From the NCBI GenBank assembly GCA_024641635.1, contig JAHECS010000013.1, forward strand, positions 9,482 to 73,481: a stretch of DNA of 64,000 bases, in the 5' to 3' direction. Made by a program: the position numbers and the translations under genes. Below are positions 40,561 through 48,874 of the stretch, one piece after another. The stretch's first letter is position 1. The number at the start of each line of letters is the position of its first letter. A model generated the notes under the pieces. The model was not told where the DNA came from. It did no database searches and saw nothing but the letters and a program-made list of their open reading frames with translations. The DNA comes from Actinomycetes bacterium. GTDB lineage: Bacteria > Actinomycetota > Actinomycetes > S36-B12.

Positions 40561-40638
40561 GCATCTGCCATAGCGTCGAAGCAACGCAGTGGCGCCGGTC
40601 ACACGGTCAGCCGATCATCACCGTGAAGGAGAGCATCT

Positions 40639-41547
40639 ATGGGGATCCTCCGGCTCGGGCACGTCGACATCACGGTGACGGACCTGGACCTGGCTACCGC
40701 CTACTACACCGAGGTCATCGGCCTGCAGGAGACGGAGCGCGACGAGGACTCCGTCTACCTCAAGTGCTGGGACGAGCCGGGCCATCACTCCCTGCGCCTG
40801 ATCTACGGGCCTCGCGTCGGCTTCGACCAGATGTCCTTCCGCGTCGAGCGCGAGTCTGACCTCGACGACCTCGAGAACGCGGTGCAGCGGTGGGGCTATC
40901 CCGTACGGCGGGTGTCGAAGGGCGAGGCCGTGGGACAGGGCGAGTCCATCCGGTTCGAGACACCCTCCGGTCAGCAGATGGAACTCGTCCACGACATCGA
41001 GATGGTGGGCAGGGCCACGGCCCCGATCAACCCGGCGCCGTTCGTGGAGGGGCTGAAGGGGATCGCCCCGCCCCGGCTGGACCACATCCTGGTGACCGCC
41101 GAGGAGGTGGGTGACTCGGCACGGTTCTACATGGACGTGTTCGGCTTCCGCCTCACCGAGCAGCTCCTCGATGGCGCGGGCCACCAGCAGGCCGTCTGGA
41201 TGGAGACCTCGCACAGCCCGCACGACCTGGCCATCGTGACCGGCAAGAACGGCGGGCTGCACCACTTCGCCTGGTGGCTCGACGACTGGGACCACGTGCG
41301 CCGCTCAGCGGACATCCTCGCCTACAACGGCATCCAGATCGACGTGGGTCCGACGCGGCACGGCATCACGAGGGGCAACACGATCTACTTCTTCGACCCG
41401 CTCGGAACGCGGAACGAGGTGTTCACCGGCGGGTACCGACCGGACCCGGACTTCCCGACGATCACGTGGACCGAGGACAACATCGGCCGCGCCGTCTTCT
41501 ACTACGAGGGCGAGCTGAACCAGCGATTCATGTCGGTGCACACATGA
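40639..41547 (+). CDS. Extradiol dioxygenase, catechol 2,3-dioxygenase type (copy 1)
   Basis: Two-domain VOC fold. Candidate metal ligands in ..RLDHIL.., ..LHHFAWW.., ..TRNEVF... Confidence 0.85.
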   Translation: MGILRLGHVDITVTDLDLATAYYTEVIGLQETERDEDSVYLKCWDEPGHHSLRLIYGPRVGFDQMSFRVERESDLDDLENAVQRWGYPVRRVSKGEAVGQGESIRFETPSGQQMELVHDIEMVGRATAPINPAPFVEGLKGIAPPRLDHILVTAEEVGDSARFYMDVFGFRLTEQLLDGAGHQQAVWMETSHSPHDLAIVTGKNGGLHHFAWWLDDWDHVRRSADILAYNGIQIDVGPTRHGITRGNTIYFFDPLGTRNEVFTGGYRPDPDFPTITWTEDNIGRAVFYYEGELNQRFMSVHT

Positions 41548-42455
41548 GCATCCTGAGACTGTCGCACGTGGAGATCCGCGTCCCCGATCTCGAGTTGGCC
41601 ACGGCGTACTACACCGAGGTCGTCGGCATGTACGAGACCGCGCGCGAGCCCGATCGCGTCTTCCTCAAGTGCTGGGACGAGCACCAGCACCACTCGCTCA
41701 TCCTCCGGTTCGCGCCGACGTACGGCCTGGACCACATGGGCTGGAAGGTGGAGAGCCGGGAGGACCTGGACGAGTACGCGACGCGCCTGGCGGAGGTCGG
41801 CGTCGACATCGTCCGGCACGATGCCGAGGAGATCGGCCCGGGGCACGGTGAGGCGATCCGCTTCACGCTGCCGAGCGGGCACCTCATGGAGCTCGTCCAT
41901 GGGATGGAGCAGGTGGGCAACCTGCTCCCCAACACCAACCCTCCGCCCAAGCCGCTGGGGCTGGTCGGCTTCGCCCCGCCGCGGCTTGACCACATCTTCC
42001 TCACCTGCGAGGACGTGAACCTCAACACGCGCTTCCTCGTCGACGTGCTCGGCTTCCACCTCACCGAGCAGGTCCTCGGTGACGATGGCTTCCAGGTGGC
42101 CACGTGGCTGGAGGTGTCCCACGCGAGCCACGACATCGCCCTCGTGACCGGGCAGGACCGTGGGCTCCACCACTTCGCCTGGTGGGTGGACGACTGGAAC
42201 GAGATCCGGAACGTCGCCGACGTCCTTGCGTACCACGGCGTCCGCATCGAGACGAACCCGACGAGGCACGGCGCGACCCGTGGCCACTGCATCTACTTCT
42301 TCGACCCTGCCGGGAACCGGAACGAGGCGTTCACCGGTGGCTACTGGGTCGATCCCGACGAGCCGCCGGTCACGTGGACCGAGGCCGAGATGGGTCGGGC
42401 GATCTTCTACTACGACGGGGTCGTCAATCAGCGATTCCTCACGGTCCACAGCTGA
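41544..42455 (+). CDS. Extradiol dioxygenase, catechol 2,3-dioxygenase type (copy 2)
   Basis: ATGA overlap with copy 1. Collinear paralogue with more than half of positions identical by eye. Same H/H/E motifs (RLDHIF, LHHFAWW, NRNEAF). Confidence 0.85.
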   Translation: MSILRLSHVEIRVPDLELATAYYTEVVGMYETAREPDRVFLKCWDEHQHHSLILRFAPTYGLDHMGWKVESREDLDEYATRLAEVGVDIVRHDAEEIGPGHGEAIRFTLPSGHLMELVHGMEQVGNLLPNTNPPPKPLGLVGFAPPRLDHIFLTCEDVNLNTRFLVDVLGFHLTEQVLGDDGFQVATWLEVSHASHDIALVTGQDRGLHHFAWWVDDWNEIRNVADVLAYHGVRIETNPTRHGATRGHCIYFFDPAGNRNEAFTGGYWVDPDEPPVTWTEAEMGRAIFYYDGVVNQRFLTVHS

Positions 42456-42465
42456 GGGGAAGATC

Positions 42466-43599
42466 ATGACCACGTCAGACGTGCGGGATGCACAGTCGTC
42501 CGCGTCCCTGCCGCGGACCGAGCGCAACGACGCCCCGGCCTACCTGCAGAAGTACCTCGACCGCGCCGGGCGCGGCGGCAAGCCGCACGAGGTCGTCGAC
42601 CGCGGCGACGAGGACTCGACGCCGCTCTACCTGCGACGCTTCCGTGACCGGCGCAGCGGGGCCAACCCGCTCGAGGCGCCGGTGCCGGAGTGGGAGGGTC
42701 ATGACCTGGGCGTGACCCAGGCACGTGCCCGGATCACGAAGACCAAGGAGATCGTTCCCGAGACCGCGGCGCAGGCCGGTCCGCAGACCGTCACGCAGGT
42801 GCACATCATCCGGCACGGGGAGACCCAGGGGTACTCGACGGAGAGCGGCCTGACGCCGCTGGGCAGCTGGCAGGCCCACCGCCGCGGCTTCGACATCAGC
42901 AAGGGGATCCGCGAGGGCGAGCGGGTCCGCATCGTGTGCGCCGACACCAACCGCGCCCGCCAGACCGCGGAGCAGATCCGCAAGGGCCTGCTCGACGGCC
43001 TGACGATGTGGGGAAGGTCCGCCGACATCTCGGATGTCGACGGCATGGCGGAGTTCCGGAACTTCCAGGTCTGGACCCCCGAGGGGCTGCGCGACGTCAC
43101 CGGCGCGTTCCGCCTGTACCAGAAGGAGATGGAGAAGTACGAGCGCGTCGCCCGCGGCGACCGGCCCCTGTGGCTGGTCGAGGTCGACCGGTTCTGGCGC
43201 ACCCAGCAGGGTGGCGGAGACCCCATCACCTACTGGACGCAGATCCCGATGCTCTGCTTCGAACCGCCGTCCGCGACCGTCCGCCGGTTCTGGGCCGGCA
43301 TCCTGCGCATCCAGGCGGAGACCCAGGGCGAGCGCATCATCGTGGCCACGCATTCCGGCCCGATCCGTGTCTTCGCCATGGCCGCCCATGGCTACGACCC
43401 GGGGGAGCCGTACAACACGGAGGAGGTCATCGTGAAGCTGCTCGACGGCGACGCGGGCGCCTTCCTCGCCTACCGCAATCGGGTCTCCGAGGTGCAGGTA
43501 CCCCGGCTGGAGCAGCTTCCCGACTGGTGGGAGGGGCTCAGCGGCCGTGCCCTGCCCACATCACTTCGTACCGACACCCCACAGGAGGCAACGCAGTGA
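42466..43599 (+). CDS. Histidine phosphatase superfamily protein with ~110-aa N-terminal extension
   Basis: RHG motif VHIIRHGETQGY and second catalytic His region ..VATHSGPIRV... Confidence 0.7.
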   Translation: MTTSDVRDAQSSASLPRTERNDAPAYLQKYLDRAGRGGKPHEVVDRGDEDSTPLYLRRFRDRRSGANPLEAPVPEWEGHDLGVTQARARITKTKEIVPETAAQAGPQTVTQVHIIRHGETQGYSTESGLTPLGSWQAHRRGFDISKGIREGERVRIVCADTNRARQTAEQIRKGLLDGLTMWGRSADISDVDGMAEFRNFQVWTPEGLRDVTGAFRLYQKEMEKYERVARGDRPLWLVEVDRFWRTQQGGGDPITYWTQIPMLCFEPPSATVRRFWAGILRIQAETQGERIIVATHSGPIRVFAMAAHGYDPGEPYNTEEVIVKLLDGDAGAFLAYRNRVSEVQVPRLEQLPDWWEGLSGRALPTSLRTDTPQEATQ

Positions 43600-44687
43600 C
43601 GACGTCCATCATGTGGTTCGAGAGCTACTGGGAGGGCATGAAGCCCGAGGTCGGTGGCAAGGCTTCGAGCCTCGGCGAGATGACGGGGGCAGGCCTGCCC
43701 GTGCCCCCCGGGTTCGCGCTGACGACCGAGTCCTACCGGAAGTCGCGCGACGCGGTGAACCTCGACGCGACGCTCGTCCGGCTGCTGCACGGCCTGGACG
43801 TGGACGACATGGCCATGGTGTCCGACCGGTGCTCGCGCATCCGGTCGCACATCGAGACGATGGCGATGGACCCTGACGTGGAACAGCGGCTGAGGTACGC
43901 CTACGCCGAGCTGGGGCGTCGCTGCGGCGTCGAGGACGTCCCGGTCGCGGTCCGGTCGTCGGCGACGAGCGAGGACTCCCCGGACGCCTCCTTCGCGGGT
44001 GAGCACGACACGTACCTGTGGGTTCGCGGCGCGGACAACGTCGTGGATGCCGTCCGGCGGTGCTGGGCATCGCTGTTCACCGATCGCGCCACCTGCTACC
44101 GCGTTGAGATGGGCTACGACCATCGATCCGTGGAGATGAGCGTCGTGGTCCAGAAGATGGTGCGCCCCATCGCGGCGGGGGTGGCCTTCACGTTGAACCC
44201 GTCGGACGGTGACCGCTCCACTGTCGCGATCGACTCCGCGTGGGGATTCGGCGAGGGCGTCGTATCGGGCGAGGTGACGCCGGACAACTTCCTGGTGGAC
44301 AAGGTGCTCTACGAGATCAGCCGCCGGAAGGTCGCCACCAAGGAGGTCGAGTTCCGGCTCAGCGACGAGGGCCACGTCGAGAAGGTCCCGCTGGAGGGGG
44401 AGAGAGCGTCCGAATCCAGCCTCACGGACCCGCAGCTCAAGGCCATCGCCCGGCTCGCGCGCACGGCGGAGAAGCACTACGGGTGCCCGCAGGACATCGA
44501 GTGGGCCGTCGACATGGATCTCCCCGACGGCGAGAACGTCGTCCTCCTCCAATCGCGCCCCGAGACCGTCTGGAGCAAGAAGGCCGCAGCCGAGGCGGCG
44601 GCCAAGGCGACAGCAGCCGGGAGCGGCGACATGATGGCGAGCATCGTGTCCACTCTCATGAATCCCCTGCACAGCCGGAACAAGTAG
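43596..44687 (+). CDS. PEP/pyruvate-binding (PPDK_N, ATP-grasp) protein, phenylphosphate synthase beta (PpsB)-like
   Basis: GTGA overlap with the phosphatase stop and AGGAGG 7 nt upstream. ..GGKASSLGEM..GLPVPPGF..VAVRSSATSEDSPDASFAG..DIEWAV.. Confidence 0.8.
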   Translation: MTTSIMWFESYWEGMKPEVGGKASSLGEMTGAGLPVPPGFALTTESYRKSRDAVNLDATLVRLLHGLDVDDMAMVSDRCSRIRSHIETMAMDPDVEQRLRYAYAELGRRCGVEDVPVAVRSSATSEDSPDASFAGEHDTYLWVRGADNVVDAVRRCWASLFTDRATCYRVEMGYDHRSVEMSVVVQKMVRPIAAGVAFTLNPSDGDRSTVAIDSAWGFGEGVVSGEVTPDNFLVDKVLYEISRRKVATKEVEFRLSDEGHVEKVPLEGERASESSLTDPQLKAIARLARTAEKHYGCPQDIEWAVDMDLPDGENVVLLQSRPETVWSKKAAAEAAAKATAAGSGDMMASIVSTLMNPLHSRNK

Positions 44688-44733
44688 TCGCACAATTCAC
44701 CCCACCCGCACCAGCCCAACCAAGGGAGTTCGC

Positions 44734-46545
44734 ATGGCCGATCGGTTCCCCAGTCCTTTCGAGATCGAGACGCCCGAGGGCGCCGAAGGCTGGCAAGACA
44801 TGTACGTGTACTCCTCGCTCTTCAGTGAGGGGCGGCGCGAGTTCGACGACAACACCTTCTGGTTCCAGGACGGCGTCCACTGGCCCAAGGTCCTGACTCC
44901 GTGGGACGCGACCTTCTTCGAGTTCGGCATCGCCTCCCTCTCGCAGTACAACACCCGTCACCTCCAGGTCCCGCCGGCCAACGGGATCGCGTTCCGCATC
45001 CTCAACGGCTACGGCTACCTGACCCCGATCGGGGCCGATCCGGCGACCATCGAGGAGCGCGTTGCCAACTTCATGGATCGTGCCGGGTTCTACTTCATGA
45101 ACTGGAACGACCTGTACGACAAGTGGATGCTGAAGATGCGCGACCTGGTCGCTGAGCTCGAGGCAGTGTCCTTCGACGCGCTTCCCGACATCGAGGACGC
45201 GGACGAGGTCGTCAAGTCCGGTGCCGGTGTCGGCTCGGGCTACCGGATCCAGGAGAGCTACCGCAACCTCCTCAACCTCGGTCTCAAGCTGTGGAACTAC
45301 CACTTCGAGTTCCTCAACCTCGGCTATGCCGCGTACCTGGACTTCTTCGGGTTCTGCAAGGAGGCCTTCCCGAGCATCCCCGACCTGGCCATCGCCAAGA
45401 TGGTCGCCGGAGTCGAGGTCGATCTCTTCCGGCCGGACGAGGAGCTGAAGCGGCTCGCCCGCATGGCGAACGACACCGGGGTGGGCGACGCCTTCGCCGG
45501 GGGCGATGTCGAGGCCACCTGCCAGATCCTGAAGTCGACCCCGCAGGGCGAGGCGTGGATCGCCTCGTTCCAGGAGTCCGCGGAGCCGTGGTTCAACTTC
45601 TCCACGGGGTCCGGGTTCTACCACTCGGACAAGATCTGGATCGAGAACGTCGAGGTCCCGTTCGGCTTCATCGACAACTACATCCGGCTGCTGCGCGAGG
45701 GCGAGGACCTGGCCCGTCCGATGGACGCCATCCGGGCCGAGCGCGACCGGATCGTCAGCGAGTACAGCGAGCTGCTGCTGACCGACGAGGACCGCGAGGC
45801 CTTCCAGGGCAAGCTCGGCCTGGCGCGGGTGGTCTTCCCATACGTGGAGAACCACAATTTCTACGTCGAGCACTGGAGCCACTCGGTGATCTGGCGCAAG
45901 ATGCGCCAGCTGGGGGAGCTGTTCGTCAAGGAGGGCTTCTTCTCCGACGCGAACGACATCTTCTACCTCAAGCGCACCGAGGTCGAGGACGCACTGTGGG
46001 ACTACTACGTCTCCTGGGCGACCCCGGAGCAGGCTGCCGGTCCCGGCTTCTGGCCGCCGATCGTGCAGAAGCGCCGGGATATCTGCGCCGCGCTGTCGAA
46101 GGTCAAGCCCACGCCGGCGCTGGGCGTCCCGCCGGAGGTCATCACGGAACCCTTCACGGTCATGCTGTGGGGCATCACGTCGGAGAGCACCAAGGCATGG
46201 CTCGGCGGTGGCGCGGGCGAGGAAGGCGTTCTCACCGGCATGGCCGCGTCACCGGGCGTCGTCGAGGGGTTGGCGCGAGTGATCTTCTCGCCTGACCAGA
46301 TCGGCGAGATCCAGCAGGACGAGATCCTCGTGGCCCCGTTGACGGCACCGTCCTGGGCGCCGATCTTCGGCAAGATCCAGGCCACGGTCACCGACACCGG
46401 CGGGATGATGAGCCACGCCGCCATCGTGTGCCGCGAGTACGGGCTCCCCGCCGTCACGGGTACCGGCTTCGCCACGGCGACGATCAAGACGGGCGACCGC
46501 ATCCGGGTGGATGGGTCCAACGGCAAGGTCACGGTGATCAGCTAG
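44734..46545 (+). CDS. PEP-utilising-enzyme mobile-domain protein, phenylphosphate synthase alpha (PpsA)-like
   Basis: 603 aa. The ~480-aa N-terminal region lacks the PEP/pyruvate TIM-barrel motifs. The C-terminal swivel domain carries the phospho-His signature TDTGGMMSHAAIVCREYGLPAV. Confidence 0.8.
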   Translation: MADRFPSPFEIETPEGAEGWQDMYVYSSLFSEGRREFDDNTFWFQDGVHWPKVLTPWDATFFEFGIASLSQYNTRHLQVPPANGIAFRILNGYGYLTPIGADPATIEERVANFMDRAGFYFMNWNDLYDKWMLKMRDLVAELEAVSFDALPDIEDADEVVKSGAGVGSGYRIQESYRNLLNLGLKLWNYHFEFLNLGYAAYLDFFGFCKEAFPSIPDLAIAKMVAGVEVDLFRPDEELKRLARMANDTGVGDAFAGGDVEATCQILKSTPQGEAWIASFQESAEPWFNFSTGSGFYHSDKIWIENVEVPFGFIDNYIRLLREGEDLARPMDAIRAERDRIVSEYSELLLTDEDREAFQGKLGLARVVFPYVENHNFYVEHWSHSVIWRKMRQLGELFVKEGFFSDANDIFYLKRTEVEDALWDYYVSWATPEQAAGPGFWPPIVQKRRDICAALSKVKPTPALGVPPEVITEPFTVMLWGITSESTKAWLGGGAGEEGVLTGMAASPGVVEGLARVIFSPDQIGEIQQDEILVAPLTAPSWAPIFGKIQATVTDTGGMMSHAAIVCREYGLPAVTGTGFATATIKTGDRIRVDGSNGKVTVIS

Positions 46546-46599
46546 GGCCTATCCGGTGGTCCCGGCCGCACCGGGACGTTCGTCACAACTTCATACCCA

Positions 46600-46643
46600 G
46601 GTTCCGTCGGGCGGGACAGCGATGTTGCCCGCCCGACGGAACC
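46600..46643 (+). terminator. Perfect 16-bp stem hairpin between the kinase genes and the Rieske oxygenase
   Basis: GGTTCCGTCGGGCGGG (46600-46615) pairs with CCCGCCCGACGGAACC (46628-46643), with a 12-nt loop. There is no U-tract. It could be a terminator, attenuator or mRNA-processing/stability element. Confidence 0.4.
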
Positions 46644-46688
46644 GAGGGAACGTAGCCACACCCTCTGCACGCCTGAAAGGACGCTCGA

Positions 46689-47948
46689 ATGCTCACGGTC
46701 GAACAGAACGAGGAACTGACCCAGGTCGGCCCCGGCACGCCGATGGGCGAGCTGCTGCGGCGCTACTGGTACCCCATCGCCTTCGAGCAGGACTTCGACG
46801 CGGTGTCCACGAAGACCGTGCGGCTCCTCTCCGAGAACTGGACCCTGTTCAAGACGCCCAAGAGCGGCCGGTACGGCATCGTCCTCGAGACGTGTCCGCA
46901 CCGCAGCGCGTCCCTGACCTACGGCGTGGTCCACGAAGACGGCATCCGCTGTGGGTACCACGGCTGGAAGTGGGACTTCGACGGCAACTGCGTCGAGCAG
47001 CCGGCCGAGGCCGACAACCAGAACTTCCGTGATCGGGTCAAGCAGAAGGCCGGCAAGGCGCAGACCATGGGCGGCATGGTGTGGGTCTACGTCGGGCCAG
47101 ACCCGGCGCCTGAGCTTCCCCGCTTCGACGTCTTCGTCGAGGACGGCGTCCGCGACGTCGGGCACTCGACGCTCCCCTGCAACTGGCTGCAGATCATGGA
47201 GAACTCCGTCGACCCGCACCACGTCGAGTGGCTGCACGGCTACTACTTCGAGTTCCTCGGCCAGACCGAGGGCTTCGACGCCCCGAAGGCGTTCCAGAAG
47301 AAACACCTGAAGACCGGCTTCGAGGAGATGGAGTGGGGCATCCTCAAGCGGCGCGTGCTCGAGGGTGGCACCGAGGAGAACGACGACTGGAAGGTCGGGC
47401 ACCCTCTGGTGTTCCCCTTCTACATGCGCGTCGGTGGCGCCGGGATCGACCAGATGCAGATCCGGGTGCCGATCGACGACACGACCACCTGGAAGCTCTT
47501 CTACTCGCTGCACCATCCTGAGGCCGGCGAGTGGGAGCCGCAGGACCGTCCCGTCGTCTACGAGTACCTCTGGCGCGACGAGACCGGCCGCTTCATCACC
47601 GACTACATCGAGGGCCAGGACATCATGGCCTGGGTCTCGCAGGGCCCCGTCACCGATCGCACGCAGGAGCATCTCGGGCGTTCGGATGCCGGTGTCGCCA
47701 TGCTGCGGAAGATGTTCAAGGAGAACATCAAGAAGGTGCAGGACGGCCAGGATCCGATCGGCACCATCCGCGAGCCGCATGACATCGTCCGGCTGCCATG
47801 CGAGCGGGACAAGTTCGGTGCCGAGCGGGAGTTCGCCGCAGCCTTCATCACCATGGGCTCCATGCGCTACAGCCCGATCAAGCAGAGGCTGCTGGACCTG
47901 CACGAGAATGCCTGGGCCAACCGCGCCAAGGCCTCGACTGGTGCATGA
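46689..47948 (+). CDS. Rieske non-haem iron oxygenase, alpha-subunit-only type (phthalate/VanA/LigXa-like class)
   Basis: Rieske motif CPHRSASL..(x)..CGYHGWKW and mononuclear Fe motif NSVDPHHVEWLH. No beta-subunit gene follows. Confidence 0.85.
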   Translation: MLTVEQNEELTQVGPGTPMGELLRRYWYPIAFEQDFDAVSTKTVRLLSENWTLFKTPKSGRYGIVLETCPHRSASLTYGVVHEDGIRCGYHGWKWDFDGNCVEQPAEADNQNFRDRVKQKAGKAQTMGGMVWVYVGPDPAPELPRFDVFVEDGVRDVGHSTLPCNWLQIMENSVDPHHVEWLHGYYFEFLGQTEGFDAPKAFQKKHLKTGFEEMEWGILKRRVLEGGTEENDDWKVGHPLVFPFYMRVGGAGIDQMQIRVPIDDTTTWKLFYSLHHPEAGEWEPQDRPVVYEYLWRDETGRFITDYIEGQDIMAWVSQGPVTDRTQEHLGRSDAGVAMLRKMFKENIKKVQDGQDPIGTIREPHDIVRLPCERDKFGAEREFAAAFITMGSMRYSPIKQRLLDLHENAWANRAKASTGA

Positions 47949-48204
47949 TCGAGTCGTGCTCCCTCCTGATCCCCATCGCCTGCCTCCGCGAGAGGCGTGG
48001 TTCGCCCGCGACGCCGAGCGGCACCTGCTCGATCGCCCGCGGTTCTGCCCGATGTGCGGGGAGGGCCTGGACGCCGACGGTGGGATCAGCACGGAGTACT
48101 GGGCAGCCGACGCGAGGTACTTCATGACCTGGTGCGGGGGTTGCGGCTGGTTCGGCGAGGTCGTCCGGTTCGACATGGTGACCATCACGGAAGTGGAGCA
48201 CTGA
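47941..48204 (+). CDS. Cys4 zinc-ribbon miniprotein
   Basis: GTG start overlaps the oxygenase stop by 8 nt. Strong GC3 bias. CPMC..(x23)..CGGC. 87 aa. Confidence 0.5.
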   Translation: MHDRVVLPPDPHRLPPREAWFARDAERHLLDRPRFCPMCGEGLDADGGISTEYWAADARYFMTWCGGCGWFGEVVRFDMVTITEVEH

Positions 48205-48223
48205 CACGCATGGTCGCCGTCTC

Positions 48224-48871
48224 ATGACCGCCCTGATCTTCGACTTCGGCGGCCCGGTCCTGCTGACCCCGTTCGAGCTGCGGTACGTCGGCGAGCGCGA
48301 TCTCGGGCTCCCGCCGGGCACCTTCGGCTGGACGGGCCCCTTCGCGCCGGAGCAGGACGCGCCCTGGCAGGACTTCCAGTCGGGGGGGATGAACGAGCGC
48401 GAGTACTGGGCGCTGCGGGCTCGGGAGTTCGCCGACCTGACCGGCGAGGAAGCCACCATGAAGGCCCTGTGCGCGCACCTCTACTCGGGCTCGGAGGAGG
48501 AGCTGGTCCGTCCGGGGGCGAGGGCGCTGATGCGGGACGCGAAGGCTGCGGGCATCCCGGTGGGCGCGCTGACGAACGACCTCACGTCCTTCCACGACGA
48601 CGAGTGGCTGGGGCGGATGTCGATCCTCCGCGAGTTCGAGGTGCTCGTCGACGGGCGCACGGAGGGCGTGTACAAGCCCGACCCGGCCATGTACCGGATC
48701 ATCCTCGAACGGATGGACATCCCCGCCGAGGGCACGGTGTTCCTCGACGACCAGCCCGTCAACCTGGCCGGCGCGGAGGCTGTCGGGATGACTCCGGTGC
48801 ACCTGGACCCCGTCGATCCGGAGCCAGGGTTTAGGTTGTGTCGCGAACTGTTAGGACTTCCACAGGAGTAG
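48224..48871 (+). CDS. HAD-superfamily hydrolase (subfamily IA-like; motif I is D-F-G-G)
   Basis: Motif I LIFDFGGPVL, motif II ALTND, and motif III/IV ..VYKPDP..VFLDD... Confidence 0.75.
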   Translation: MTALIFDFGGPVLLTPFELRYVGERDLGLPPGTFGWTGPFAPEQDAPWQDFQSGGMNEREYWALRAREFADLTGEEATMKALCAHLYSGSEEELVRPGARALMRDAKAAGIPVGALTNDLTSFHDDEWLGRMSILREFEVLVDGRTEGVYKPDPAMYRIILERMDIPAEGTVFLDDQPVNLAGAEAVGMTPVHLDPVDPEPGFRLCRELLGLPQE

Positions 48872-48874
48872 CCC

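Noticed and set aside
43596-46545. Interpreting the two PEP-utilising-type genes as an ordinary (split) PEP synthase or PPDK for gluconeogenesis.
   Set aside because: I found no PEP/pyruvate-binding TIM-barrel motifs. The domain split and sizes (about 40 and 67 kDa) and the aromatic-catabolism context fit the phenylphosphate-synthase/CreHI-type small-molecule kinases better. An HMM search is still needed to confirm.
47945-48127. Frame-2 ORF (MIESCSLLIPIACLRERRG...) with an ATGA overlap to the Rieske oxygenase stop.
   Set aside because: It has poor GC3 bias and an Arg/Ser/Thr/Gly-rich product. The frame-1 ORF over the same DNA has strong GC3 bias and a Cys4 motif, so it was preferred.
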